Source: Candidatus Moraniibacteriota bacterium (lineage in GTDB: Bacteria > Patescibacteriota > Minisyncoccia > Moranbacterales > UBA1568). Taken from it: DNA of 64,000 nt. The stretch spans positions 9,896 through 73,895 of the forward strand of contig JBPOIB010000004.1 of NCBI GenBank assembly GCA_052034935.1. The letters are read 5' to 3'. Shown here one piece after another: positions 9,517 to 19,701 of the stretch. The notes below the pieces were generated by a model. That model was not told where the DNA came from, did no database searches, and saw nothing but the letters and a program-made list of their open reading frames with translations. The number at the start of each line of letters is the position of its first letter. Positions within the stretch are counted from its first letter, which is position 1. A program made the translations under genes and the position numbers.

Positions 9517-10635
9517 ATGGCCATGGCTGTCACCCCCCGTATCTTCCTGCGCGGCAGTCCGAACCTGCACCGGGCCTTCGGCCAGCGCTGGCCAGCCGTC
9601 CTCGAGGCCGGCGGCTCGTTCTATCTCGGCGACAATTCGCGCCGCCCGTCAAAGCGTGTGAATCTGGTCCGGGAGAAACGGATCCTCGACATCGCTGCTG
9701 ACGGCCAGGCGATGGTTTACCGCAATGCCTGCCTCCACGGCGGCAAGCGGCTCATCACGCCGAAGCTCGGTCTTTGCTTCGATGATCGCGAAGTCATCCA
9801 GTGCGCCTGGCATCAGTCGCAGTACCGCTGCGGCCAGCTCATCCGCCCCGGAGCGATGAAGATCGCCGTCGAGCGACTGCCCGAAACCGAGTGCCCGAAG
9901 AGTGAAGTCTTTGTCTGGCAGGACCGGCTCGTCTTCGAACTCGGCCGCGATGAGGGCGGAGCGAGACAGACGCTCGAGCGAGCACTTCGCTTCATCAGCG
10001 AGGTGGCCGGCGACGTCTTCGACTTCCGGGACTATCAGCTCCAGGTATCGCTCCGAGAACCTCAGGCGGCCGATGCACTCACGACCCTGGTGAACTACCT
10101 CGACATCCGCCATCTCGGCGGCCACGCCGATACCCTCGGCCGACTCGTCAATCTCGCTGGCTACACCCATGCGGCAAACGATGTCGCGGTCGTCCAACGC
10201 ATGGGCCTGAACGCGCTCTGGCTCGAGGGCGACAGCGAATGGGTGAAAAAGTACTACAAGTCCGGCCTCCCCCGTGACCTCCGCTCTGGCGCCGTCTGGG
10301 CGATGACGGCCGACGGGCTCATGCTCGAGTGGTACCCGGGCGTGATCGTGGTGAGCCAGTGTCTCCCGCATCCGGACGACCCCTGGTGCTCTATCCTGCA
10401 CCATGACTTCTACTACCACCGCCAGGCCTCGCCGGAATTCATCAGGGCGCATCAGGACATCTTCCTCCAGACCGGCCAGGAGGACGAGGCCTGGTGCAGC
10501 GAAGCGACCGATCATCTGGTCGAACGTATCGCCGAAGGACAAGGTGATGAGGAATGGGGCTTTCTCGATCCCGACCAGGAGAACTACGCCCGCTGGCTGT
10601 ATGACATCGCCTCCGCCCGACTCATGACAGGCTGA
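9517..10635 (+). CDS. Hypothetical protein, GC-rich orphan, 372 aa
   Basis: Long ORF with high GC3; AAGGA upstream; hairpin plus T tract downstream. Confidence 0.75.
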   Translation: MAMAVTPRIFLRGSPNLHRAFGQRWPAVLEAGGSFYLGDNSRRPSKRVNLVREKRILDIAADGQAMVYRNACLHGGKRLITPKLGLCFDDREVIQCAWHQSQYRCGQLIRPGAMKIAVERLPETECPKSEVFVWQDRLVFELGRDEGGARQTLERALRFISEVAGDVFDFRDYQLQVSLREPQAADALTTLVNYLDIRHLGGHADTLGRLVNLAGYTHAANDVAVVQRMGLNALWLEGDSEWVKKYYKSGLPRDLRSGAVWAMTADGLMLEWYPGVIVVSQCLPHPDDPWCSILHHDFYYHRQASPEFIRAHQDIFLQTGQEDEAWCSEATDHLVERIAEGQGDEEWGFLDPDQENYARWLYDIASARLMTG

Positions 10636-10720
10636 TGACTGTGTCATCTCTTCAGCCGCCGATCCCCGAGCATCCACGCGATGCCCGGGGCTCTTTTTTT
10701 ACCTACGGTATACTGAGGAC

Positions 10721-11392
10721 ATGAGAAAATTTCTCCCCTTATTCATCCTCCTCGGCATACTCGTACTCGCCTCCATCCTGTACTGGCGCGCTCACCGCTA
10801 CGACGAACCGGCCCGCGTCGCTTCGGCTCCGGCCGGCACTGCGATCGCCTATTTTGCCGGCGGCTGCTTTTGGTGCACCGAGGCTGACTTCGAAAAACTC
10901 CCTGGCGTGACCGAAGCTGTCTCCGGCTACTCGGGTGGAACGACGACCGACCCGACGTATGAGAACGTCTCGAGTCATACGACCGGTCACCTCGAGACGG
11001 TCGAGGTTCGCTATGATCCGACGCGGGTTAGCTATGAAACACTCGTCCGCTACCACTATGCCCATATCGACCCGACCGATCCAAACGGCCAATTCGCCGA
11101 CCAGGGCGATAGCTATCGCTCGGCAATTTTTTACCAGAGCGAAGAAGAGCGAGCCATCGCACTCGTCGAAATGAAACGACTGAGCGATGCGAACGTCTAT
11201 CCGAAACCGATCGTGACCGCTCTCCGGCCCTTCGAGCGCTTCTATCCAGCTGAGGAGTACCATCAGGACTACTGGCGGAAAAATAATGTCCGCTACACTT
11301 ATTACCGCTCCGGATCGGGCCGCGACCGCTACCTTGAAACGGCGTGCACCTGGCGGAAAACAAAAAACCTCTCGTGTGAGAGGGTTGAGTAG
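10721..11392 (+). CDS. msrA: Peptide-methionine (S)-S-oxide reductase with N-terminal membrane anchor
   Basis: FAGGCFWC, GHLE, AEEYHQDY. Confidence 0.93.
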   Translation: MRKFLPLFILLGILVLASILYWRAHRYDEPARVASAPAGTAIAYFAGGCFWCTEADFEKLPGVTEAVSGYSGGTTTDPTYENVSSHTTGHLETVEVRYDPTRVSYETLVRYHYAHIDPTDPNGQFADQGDSYRSAIFYQSEEERAIALVEMKRLSDANVYPKPIVTALRPFERFYPAEEYHQDYWRKNNVRYTYYRSGSGRDRYLETACTWRKTKNLSCERVE

Positions 11393-11411
11393 CTGCCGTT
11401 TATTTCTCTGT

Positions 11412-11885
11412 CTATACCGGACGACTGTAGTAGCCGACGAGATCGGTCTCAGCAACCACATTGCCAAGCAGCGCGTTCCGGAGCATGAGCTCGGTCGCCT
11501 CATTCGGGAGCGTGAGCGTGTGGCGAAGCGCATACAATCGGAAGACGTAGCCGTGCTCACCCGAGCGCGGGCAAGGGCCGCCGTAACGCGCCGTACCGAA
11601 CGAATTCAGGCCCACGACCGCGCCTTTCGGTACGGTATTTTCTTTGATGAGTGTCGTCCGCGGATCGATATTCCAAAGTCGCCAGTGGATCCACATTCCG
11701 CCCGGCGCATCTGGATCCTCCATGATGAGGACGAGTGCCTCGGCGTCTTCAGGAACATTTTCAATCGAGAGTGGCGGACTCACATCCCGCCCATCGCAGG
11801 TATACTCACGAGGAATCGCTCCGCCGTACGCGAAGGCCGGGCTATGCAGACGGAACGGCGGTTGTTCAGTGGCGAGATGTTCCAT
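11412..11885 (-). CDS. YbhB/YbcL (PEBP, Raf-kinase-inhibitor-like) protein
   Basis: YTCDGRDVSPPL, MEDPDAP, WIHW, YGGPCP, HGYVFRLYAL. Confidence 0.9.
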   Translation of the reverse strand: MEHLATEQPPFRLHSPAFAYGGAIPREYTCDGRDVSPPLSIENVPEDAEALVLIMEDPDAPGGMWIHWRLWNIDPRTTLIKENTVPKGAVVGLNSFGTARYGGPCPRSGEHGYVFRLYALRHTLTLPNEATELMLRNALLGNVVAETDLVGYYSRPV

Positions 11886-11908
11886 GATGGACTATATGGT
11901 TTTCCGTT

Positions 11909-12805
11909 TCATTCTTGAACCGCCGCACTCACTTCACGAAGGAAATCGAGGTCAGCCTGAAGCAATCTTTGTTTCTTTTCACTCACCTCGCTTAGTACAT
12001 ACTTCCCGTGGGGATCGAGATATCTCAATACCTTAGTGTTGTCCGCCTGATCGATCAGCACAATATTCTTATCACCAATGGTATCAATGACTTCTCCCTG
12101 TTCGTCTGCCTTTTCCAGGGTTACCCGAGCAAAATTTAAAAATGAGTCGCGAAGCACTGGATCCTTTTTCAAGATTTCAATGAGGACTTCCTTCGGCTGT
12201 CCCTGGAAAAGATCATGAATCTGATCAGCCGTCCCAGCATATTCCTGAATCGTAAACAAAGCATTTCGTCCACCCGTCGGACTTTTCGCAATAAACTGAA
12301 GCTCTTCCGGAATAAATCCCGGCACGGACTGATACCAATCCGCCATTTCTTCCCGCTCGGCCCGAAGCTCTTTCCCTCGTTCAACAAGTACATCAACGCC
12401 TCGGTAGATTCCATTGTCAATCTTGATCACGAGAGACGGACGCTCCGGGTCGAGTGAGGTGAGGCGATAGACATTGCATTCTGAACCACTGCCGACTTTC
12501 CGCGTATCGAACTCATATTTTTCTGGATCAATCGGGAGGTCGCTCGTATCATAATGATAGCGACCCTTTGTCAGTGTCTCAAAAACGGTATCTGGTACGG
12601 CATCCCTCAAAATCGCAAAGAGTGCCTTCGTTCGCTCGAACGGTCCGAGATGAGGGTCGGTAAGTCTACTAAAGGGAGCTGGAGCCCCTGGATCGCCCGC
12701 GTGTTCCCAAAGCGCCGTACTGAGCGCTGCCCCAACACGATCGACAGGCGACCGTGGCTTCTTTTTTGTATCTTCAGCAGCTACTTTACCGGGCTGTTCA
12801 AACAT
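11909..12805 (-). CDS. Hypothetical protein with probable atypical kinase-like fold
   Basis: VGSGSECNVY Gly-loop, LVIKI, IQEY, DTIGDKNIV, YLD in kinase order. Confidence 0.6.
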   Translation of the reverse strand: MFEQPGKVAAEDTKKKPRSPVDRVGAALSTALWEHAGDPGAPAPFSRLTDPHLGPFERTKALFAILRDAVPDTVFETLTKGRYHYDTSDLPIDPEKYEFDTRKVGSGSECNVYRLTSLDPERPSLVIKIDNGIYRGVDVLVERGKELRAEREEMADWYQSVPGFIPEELQFIAKSPTGGRNALFTIQEYAGTADQIHDLFQGQPKEVLIEILKKDPVLRDSFLNFARVTLEKADEQGEVIDTIGDKNIVLIDQADNTKVLRYLDPHGKYVLSEVSEKKQRLLQADLDFLREVSAAVQE

Positions 12806-12862
12806 AAGGAGAGGGAGTAATTTCTCCTCCCATCCTACCACACCTGCTTTTTGGGTATCCGC

Positions 12863-13564
12863 TTAATCGCAGCGGCTAAATGCTGGGAGGTGACGATCCG
12901 ATGACGCCTGCATGAGATGAGTGAAGACGCTCGTGATATCGGTATACGCCACCGCCGCCGGGAGAAGAGTGTCGCGATAAAGGGCGGCATTAGCGACTTC
13001 CGCTTCGACGCCGAGGGCACAAGCGGACTGGAGCGTTTCCGGCGCGGAAACTTTCGAGAGGTACGGATTTTCCGGCACAGCGATGCCATACTTGTCAAAA
13101 AGCGCCTTGAGTGAGCTGATGTGCTGCTCCTCCGCGCGGATAATCATACTGAAGGGACGGACGGAGCCGAGTCGAGCCATTACTGCCTGATAGGTCGCGA
13201 ATGCCTTGTACTCGTCATCGAGGGCAGCCGTGAGTGCGTCTTTGGCAGCATCTGAAAGTACGGCGACCGGATACTCCAGACCATCGACAGCGAGACATTC
13301 GTCAGCGACACAGCTCTCGCGATTCATCTGCTTTCCCTGGCCTTGCCCACCAGACATCCCTCCTTTGCCCTGACCGCGCATATTACCGGGGCCGCGCATA
13401 TCGACATTGGTATGCCATCTGAAGTCATCGGCTTTCCCATCCATAGACGAGTCCCGCAGCGACAAAGAACGCTCTCCGCCCGGCTTCGCCGCTGTGAGCG
13501 CCAAAGCGACTGCCCCGAGAAGAACCGCTACCCCAGCGAGAGCGAATATTGTTTTCTTGTTCAT
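12863..13564 (-). CDS. Exported ferritin-like (DUF2202-like) protein
   Basis: Signal peptide; DDEYKA, AEEQH, EAEVAN, ASSDRH di-iron-like pattern. Confidence 0.75.
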   Translation of the reverse strand: MNKKTIFALAGVAVLLGAVALALTAAKPGGERSLSLRDSSMDGKADDFRWHTNVDMRGPGNMRGQGKGGMSGGQGQGKQMNRESCVADECLAVDGLEYPVAVLSDAAKDALTAALDDEYKAFATYQAVMARLGSVRPFSMIIRAEEQHISSLKALFDKYGIAVPENPYLSKVSAPETLQSACALGVEAEVANAALYRDTLLPAAVAYTDITSVFTHLMQASSDRHLPAFSRCD

Positions 13565-13688
13565 AAAACGAATCGTTTTTTATTAAGAGTAACTCCTGAC
13601 AACGATAGTACGCGTTCAGCGCATTTTCGGACGCAAAAAATCCTCCACTGGGGAGGAGTTTTTCAAGAGGAGCCTTGCAAAGCCTGAT

Positions 13689-16271
13689 TTATTTCCGACG
13701 GAGGACTTTCTTCAGGTACTGGCCGGTGTAGGATCGTTCATTGTGTGCAACTTCTTCGGGCGTACCCTGCGCGACGATCTTGCCACCGCCGGAGCCACCT
13801 TCGGGACCGATATCGATAACATAATCAGCGGATTTGATCAGATCCATATTGTGTTCGATCACCATCACCGTATTCCCCTTCACCACCAGCCGATCAAGGA
13901 TTTCAATCAACTTCTTCACGTCTGCATAGTGAAGGCCGATGGTCGGCTCGTCGAGGAGATAGATAGTCCGCTCCGTCGACTGGCGGTAGAGTTCGGAGGC
14001 AATCTTCACGCGCTGTGCCTCGCCACCCGACAAGGTCGTCGCTGATTGACCGAGCTCGAGGTAGCCGAGACCGACTTCATTAAGCGTCTTCAATCGATCA
14101 GCGATGGCCGGAATCTCATAGAAGAACGAGTACGCGTCTTCAATCGTCATCGTGAGTACCTGATGGATATTCTTGTTCTTGTAGGTGACCTCGAGCGTTT
14201 CTTTGGTGAAGCGCTTGCCATCGCAGACATCGCACGGCACATACACGGTCGGCAGGAAGTGCATCTCGACGGCGATGAAACCGTTCCCCTCGCAGGTCTC
14301 GCAGCGGCCGCCGGGGCGGTTGAAGGAGAAACGGCCAAGCTTCCAACCGCGCACCCGCGCTTCCTCGGTCGAAGCGAAGAGTTCGCGGATATGGTTGAAC
14401 GCGCCCGTATACGTCGCCGGGTTCGAACGCGGTGTGCGGCCGATCGGGCTTTGGTCGATCATGACCACGCGCGAAACGTACTCGGTACCGGTGAATGTAT
14501 CACAGTGCTCGACTTGGTTCGTTTTGTAGCGGCGATCAAGACGGCCCTGCAGGTTCTTGTGAACAATCTCATAGAGGAAAGACGACTTACCCGAGCCCGA
14601 GACACCCGTCACTGCGATGAAGCGGCCGAGTGGGATATCGACATTGAGGTCCTTGATATTGAAGACGCGGCCGCCGCGGATCTTCAGACTCCCCTTCTCC
14701 TTGCCCCGTCGCTCCGGGATAGCGATATGTTCCTCGCCACGCAGGTATGCGAGCGTCAGCGATCCGCTTTTGTTCGTTTTGGCGGTGAGCAGGTCTTCGA
14801 GAAAGCCTGAGACGACGACCGAACCGCCATGCACGCCCGCCCCGGGGCCGATGTCGACGATGTAGTCGGAGGCGAAGATTGTGTCTTCGTCATGTTCGAC
14901 GATGATGATCGTGTTGCCGAGCGCGCGAAGCGACTTCAGGGTCTCGATGAGCCGGTCATTGTCACGCTGATGGAGGCCGATGGTCGGCTCGTCGAGAACA
15001 TAGAGGGCGCCGACCAGTTGACTGCCAAGCTGGCTCGCCAAGCGGATGCGCTGCGCCTCGCCGCCCGAAAGGGTATTGGCCCGACGGTCGAGAGTGAGGT
15101 AATTGAGACCGACATTGAGGAGAAATTGCAGCCGGTTGCCAATCTCGCGCAAGACGACCGCGGCAATCTGCTCCTCGCGAGGTGTGAGGTCGAGGGTCGC
15201 GAAGAAATCAAAGCCGAGCTGGATCGTGAGACGAGTGAGGTCGACGATGTTTTGGCCACCGATTTTGATATGGAGTGCCTCTTCACGAAGCCGCGTACCG
15301 TTGCAGGTATCGCATGCCTCGTCGCCGAAGAAATGTTTGGTCCCGAGGCCATTGCAGGCCTGACAGGCACCATACGGCGAGTTGAAAGAGAAGAGTCGCG
15401 GCTCGACCTCCGGGTAGGAGAAGCCGTCGTAGGGACAGGTGAACTTGGCCGAGAGGAGGAACGTCTCGTCCCCGACCGTCACTTTCACGATACCTTCCGC
15501 TTCTTCGAGCGCTTTCTGGACGGCTTCGGAGAGCCGGACTTCGGTATCGTCTTTGTACTGTTCGAAATCCCGCGCGAGGAATTCGTCGACGATGAGGTCG
15601 ATATCATGCTTGAAGTTCTTTTTGAGCACAACCTGCTCACGGAGGCTCTTCCGCTCCCCATCGAGGAAAATCGAGCTGAAGCCTCGGCCGAGCGCATTGT
15701 AGAGCATCTGGTAGTATTCACCCTTGCGGCCACGCACGACTGGGGCGAGCACGAGCACGGGGGCATCTTTTTTCTGCGGATGCTTCAAGACGGCATGCAC
15801 TTTCGTTTTCACCGTCTCGAGCATCTCTTCGGTCGAGAGGCGCGAGATCTCGCGGCCGCATTCGAGGCAGTGCGGGCGACCGAGCCGAGCATAGAGCACT
15901 CGGAGATAATCGTAAATCTCAGTCACGGTTGCAACGGTCGAACGAGGGTTTCTCGAGGCTGATTTCTGATCGATCGAAATTGCAGGCGAGAGGCCGGTGA
16001 TCTCATCGACATCCGGTTTCTGCATCGTATTCAAAAACTGCCGAGCATACGCCGAGAGCGATTCGACATAGCGGCGTTGGCCTTCGGCAAAAATCGTATC
16101 GAAGGCGAGCGATGACTTGCCGGATCCGGAGAGACCGGTGAACACGACCATCCGGTTACGCGGCATCTCGACGGTGATGTTCTTGAGGTTATGCGTCCGG
16201 GCGCCTTTCACCACGATCCATTCCGATGGGCCGGTCGCTTTCTTTTTCTTTGATTCCTTCTTCTCGGTCAT
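13689..16271 (-). CDS. uvrA: Excinuclease ABC subunit A
   Basis: [23 protein letters not shown], two LSGGEAQR signatures, GVSGSGKSS. Confidence 0.97.
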   Translation of the reverse strand: MTEKKESKKKKATGPSEWIVVKGARTHNLKNITVEMPRNRMVVFTGLSGSGKSSLAFDTIFAEGQRRYVESLSAYARQFLNTMQKPDVDEITGLSPAISIDQKSASRNPRSTVATVTEIYDYLRVLYARLGRPHCLECGREISRLSTEEMLETVKTKVHAVLKHPQKKDAPVLVLAPVVRGRKGEYYQMLYNALGRGFSSIFLDGERKSLREQVVLKKNFKHDIDLIVDEFLARDFEQYKDDTEVRLSEAVQKALEEAEGIVKVTVGDETFLLSAKFTCPYDGFSYPEVEPRLFSFNSPYGACQACNGLGTKHFFGDEACDTCNGTRLREEALHIKIGGQNIVDLTRLTIQLGFDFFATLDLTPREEQIAAVVLREIGNRLQFLLNVGLNYLTLDRRANTLSGGEAQRIRLASQLGSQLVGALYVLDEPTIGLHQRDNDRLIETLKSLRALGNTIIIVEHDEDTIFASDYIVDIGPGAGVHGGSVVVSGFLEDLLTAKTNKSGSLTLAYLRGEEHIAIPERRGKEKGSLKIRGGRVFNIKDLNVDIPLGRFIAVTGVSGSGKSSFLYEIVHKNLQGRLDRRYKTNQVEHCDTFTGTEYVSRVVMIDQSPIGRTPRSNPATYTGAFNHIRELFASTEEARVRGWKLGRFSFNRPGGRCETCEGNGFIAVEMHFLPTVYVPCDVCDGKRFTKETLEVTYKNKNIHQVLTMTIEDAYSFFYEIPAIADRLKTLNEVGLGYLELGQSATTLSGGEAQRVKIASELYRQSTERTIYLLDEPTIGLHYADVKKLIEILDRLVVKGNTVMVIEHNMDLIKSADYVIDIGPEGGSGGGKIVAQGTPEEVAHNERSYTGQYLKKVLRRK

Positions 16272-16354
16272 GATGCAGATCTAGAAATGATAGTGGTCAC
16301 GCCACGCCTCACCAGATACGGACTCTGGCAAAAATTGAGGATAGCAGGATTTCG

Positions 16355-16684
16355 TCAGGAAGGAAAGACAACCCGACCGATGCTATCTACCAAGACGCCC
16401 TCCTCTTCGAGTCGGCGACGCTTCGCTTTCGGCCCGCCAAAGGCATATTCACCGATGGTACCATCTGAACGAATAACGCGGTGGCACGGAACATCCTGAT
16501 AACAATTCTCAGAAAGCGCTGTCCCAACCGCCCGCACGGCCCGAGGACTGCCCGCTTTGGCAGCGACCGCCCCATAGCTGAGAACACAGCCTTCGGGAAT
16601 CTTGGCGACGACAGCATACACAGCACGACGGAAAACCGAAAGCCCTTTCTCGGATCGGTAGGTCGCTTCGGTAGGGCCTGACAT
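16355..16684 (-). CDS. MGMT/Ogt-family alkyltransferase, C-terminal domain only
   Basis: SYGAVA, RAVGTAL, VPCHRV. Confidence 0.85.
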   Translation of the reverse strand: MSGPTEATYRSEKGLSVFRRAVYAVVAKIPEGCVLSYGAVAAKAGSPRAVRAVGTALSENCYQDVPCHRVIRSDGTIGEYAFGGPKAKRRRLEEEGVLVDSIGRVVFPS

Positions 16685-16710
16685 GGGAAGAAAGGGATTA
16701 CGCCGACCGA

Positions 16711-17514
16711 TTATTTCGTCTCTTCCGCGGCGAAGGCCGCCTTCAGTTCAGCATTGGCTGCCTTGAACTCCGACTGGAAAGCCGCGATGCTCGCCGCAAC
16801 CGATTGCCTTCTCACGACGGCAGAAGCTTTGATCTGCTGTTCCAGAGCGAGTGCATTCTGCTTGTCTTTTTCAAGTTTTGCCCGCGCCGCGCTGAGCGCT
16901 GATTTAAGATTCTTTCCCATGGTCGCGACACTCGCATCGGCATCGCAATCAGCATCGACGCCTCTGAAGGCGGCCTCGACATCCGACTGGAAACCCGCCC
17001 AGCTTGCCTCCATCACCATCCGCCGCTTCGCGATGAGGATGTCGATACTTTTCCGGTATTCTCCGACGGTAGCATCGACGGCCGCACGCCGTTCCTCGAG
17101 CGCTTTCTCAATACGCTCCTCATATTTTTCAACAGCTTTCTTTTCATCTTCGGTCACCGCTGCCAGTTCGAGCGAATCATACCCGGCGCTCCGGAGCTGA
17201 TCAGCCTCAGATCGTACGCCTTCGCGCTTCGCATCGCGGACACCGCGCCGGTCATCAAGGTTTTCGACGATCCCACCAAGATAATCAGCGACCCGGTCGT
17301 TTTTTTCACCAATAAGATTGGTAATCTGAGATTTGGTTTCTCCCCAACCTGAACAGAAGGCGTCACTGCTTTCAGCCGCCACCAGTTTCGAAAGGTCGGC
17401 TACCGAGAGATTCTGAACGGCGGTGTCGGGTAGATCAAATGTAAAAGCCGCTGCTGGTCCGGCAGGAAGGAGCAACCACATGAAGAGAAATATGCTAGTA
17501 GCTTGTTTCATCAT
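16711..17514 (-). CDS. Secreted coiled-coil protein, paralog of 17921-18796
   Basis: Signal peptide; AFCS...RRAAVD...DCDAD. Confidence 0.75.
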   Translation of the reverse strand: MMKQATSIFLFMWLLLPAGPAAAFTFDLPDTAVQNLSVADLSKLVAAESSDAFCSGWGETKSQITNLIGEKNDRVADYLGGIVENLDDRRGVRDAKREGVRSEADQLRSAGYDSLELAAVTEDEKKAVEKYEERIEKALEERRAAVDATVGEYRKSIDILIAKRRMVMEASWAGFQSDVEAAFRGVDADCDADASVATMGKNLKSALSAARAKLEKDKQNALALEQQIKASAVVRRQSVAASIAAFQSEFKAANAELKAAFAAEETK

Positions 17515-17854
17515 AGCTTTTCCCTAGATCCTCGATAACACCCCGGCCTTCCTGGACGCTCTGTACCTCATCGGATACTTCCTCATCAAGTACCGTCTCA
17601 TCGCCAACCGAAGCCGTCTCGATTTCCGCGATCACGGCATCGATATCGACCACGCGCCGCTCTTCGGCAATAGGACCTCCCATTCCGTCTTCCTGCTCAC
17701 CCTGGTCGGAATGTAAATCTTGCCCCAAGAGCGATGTTTTCTCTTCAGTCGTTGAAAGGTCTGCCGGACTATCCATTTTCCAGACAGCTAAAGCCACCAC
17801 TAAAAAAACTACCCCAATAATAATCCCCCACTTCGTTTGCGCGGTATTTTCCAT
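17495..17854 (-). CDS. Single-TM acidic protein
   Basis: N-terminal TM and D/E-rich body; TATACT 6 nt before ATG. Confidence 0.7.
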   Translation of the reverse strand: MENTAQTKWGIIIGVVFLVVALAVWKMDSPADLSTTEEKTSLLGQDLHSDQGEQEDGMGGPIAEERRVVDIDAVIAEIETASVGDETVLDEEVSDEVQSVQEGRGVIEDLGKSYDETSY

Positions 17855-17920
17855 GTCCTCAGTATACCATTCAAAAAACCCGCCGGAGCGGGTTTTTTGT
17901 CGTCTCAGGAAGGAAAGAGG

Positions 17921-18796
17921 TTATTTCACTTCCGTCCCGGCAGCATCTTTCATAGCCACCTTCAGTTTCTCCTTCGCTGCTTCGACCGTCGACTTGAACG
18001 TCTGAAGCGCCGCTTCGATCGATTTCTTGCGCGCTTCGGCGAGCGTTCTAATCTCATCCTTCAGGCCGGTCAGCGCATCCTTGTTTCCCTTGAGCTTTTC
18101 ACGAGCTGCCTGCATCGCTGCCTGATAGTCGGCCATCACGGTCTTCGGGTCGACATCCGCCTCACAGTCTGACTTGGCTTTGGCCGAGGCCGCGGCGACC
18201 GCCGACTGGAATTCTCCGTACGCACCAGAAGCAGTCGCTTTTTTGTCCGCTACCACCTTATCAACCGCCGCACGGAAATCATCGATTGATTTGTCAACCG
18301 CGGTCCGGCGGGTGTCGACTGCCTTATCGACCGTCGATTTGAATTCGGCAACAGCTGCTTTTTCAGCATCGGTATCGGCCCGTTCATCGAGCTTGGCATA
18401 GAGCGATGAACGCCGCTCATCCTGAGTGTCGCGTTTACCGTCGAGCGTCTCATCCCGGCCATCGCGGCGATCGGTCTGCTTGCTCATCCGGCCAGCGACG
18501 CGCTCCTTCACATTTCCCTCACGTTCATCCGTCCGTTCAGCCTTGGTATCGAGCCGTCCGGTGAAACGGGAGCAGAAAGCGTCCTGAACCTTTGCTTTCA
18601 CTTCTTCTTTCTTCTCCGCCCAGTCAGCTTTGCGTTCCTCCACCTTCACCTGACGATTTTCCATCTGAGCCTTGGCCTGTTCGGCACGTTCCGTCGCCCG
18701 AGTATTCGCCGTCTCCGCCGAGACGAGCGCCGGAACTGCAAGGACGGCCGCCAGCGAAAGAGCGGAAAGATACCGTTTGTTCATGAATAGAGACAT
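17921..18796 (-). CDS. Secreted coiled-coil protein
   Basis: Signal peptide; AFCS...RRTAVD...DCEAD; A/K/E/D-rich. Confidence 0.8.
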   Translation of the reverse strand: MSLFMNKRYLSALSLAAVLAVPALVSAETANTRATERAEQAKAQMENRQVKVEERKADWAEKKEEVKAKVQDAFCSRFTGRLDTKAERTDEREGNVKERVAGRMSKQTDRRDGRDETLDGKRDTQDERRSSLYAKLDERADTDAEKAAVAEFKSTVDKAVDTRRTAVDKSIDDFRAAVDKVVADKKATASGAYGEFQSAVAAASAKAKSDCEADVDPKTVMADYQAAMQAAREKLKGNKDALTGLKDEIRTLAEARKKSIEAALQTFKSTVEAAKEKLKVAMKDAAGTEVK

Positions 18797-18818
18797 ATGT
18801 TTCTTGTATCTTTACGGA

Positions 18819-19103
18819 TTAGTTCCCTTCTTCGAGCGCCTGCATCTCATCCGCGACATGCGCGTCGAGATCGTCGCGATCAGCCAGTGCCTCGTCAATG
18901 AGATCATCGGCGACCGCATCCGGCGTCACTGTCACAGGAAGCGGCTTGGCCGACTCTGTCGGCATCGAAGTCTTCTTCGTATTGGTCACCGTCTTTACCG
19001 ATCCATCCATTTTCTGCGCCGCATACTGGGAATAGATGAGCGCCAGGATCACCATGATGAGAAAAAGGGCGAACCCGAAGCCGAGCATTCTTCTCGGTAT
19101 CAT
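18819..19103 (-). CDS. Single-TM acidic protein, counterpart of 17495-17854
   Basis: TM followed by DAVADDLIDE...DEMQALEEG. Confidence 0.65.
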   Translation of the reverse strand: MIPRRMLGFGFALFLIMVILALIYSQYAAQKMDGSVKTVTNTKKTSMPTESAKPLPVTVTPDAVADDLIDEALADRDDLDAHVADEMQALEEGN

Positions 19104-19270
19104 ATGTTTGTGTGTTTACGTCTTTATTTATTACTTCACGCGAGCCGGATTTCCAGCCACGTTTCTTTTTCCAGTATAGCATCCTTTCCTGGTCTCCTTG
19201 TCAAGGACCATCAATCGCAGTACCTTTGAGTCGACAGTCCCTTGGCACCTTCCCAAATCGGAGGCCCACT

Positions 19271-19675
19271 ATGCAACTCATTCCGTCTCTCAAAACTCTT
19301 TTCAAATGGGAAAGATCCCCCACTTTCTACACGGTTGCCCTCTCGAGAAGACTTCGTTGTTATGATGGGAACAGCATCCCTCGGTTCTTTATCCGACACG
19401 AACTCGTCTACATGGATATCGTTTCCGCTTCATGTGAAGCCGAAGCTATTTTTGAGGCGCTCAGCCACTACTTCAGTGATCGGCTGACCTTTCGCTGGCA
19501 AGAAAGAGCGGCGCCCCTCAGCAACGAAGCCCTTGCCGAGATTGATGTCTTTGCGAACAGTCTCGCCTTTTCATTCTTCAGACGGCTTGGCACGCCAAGT
19601 CAGATACTCTTCGCTGAATCAGGGCTCTGGCAGAGCAACCAAGGACCGGAGCTCGCCTATGAAAAAACTGCCTAG
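19271..19675 (+). CDS. Hypothetical protein, orphan
   Basis: GGAGG 6 nt before ATG; fills the intergenic gap. Confidence 0.5.
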   Translation: MQLIPSLKTLFKWERSPTFYTVALSRRLRCYDGNSIPRFFIRHELVYMDIVSASCEAEAIFEALSHYFSDRLTFRWQERAAPLSNEALAEIDVFANSLAFSFFRRLGTPSQILFAESGLWQSNQGPELAYEKTA

Positions 19676-19701
19676 TCAGTACGTGCCCTCCTCACTCGCG
19701 G

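Noticed and set aside
5863-10700. Integron cassette array
   Set aside because: Genes face both directions and mostly have their own promoters; no attC-like sites or IntI are evident.
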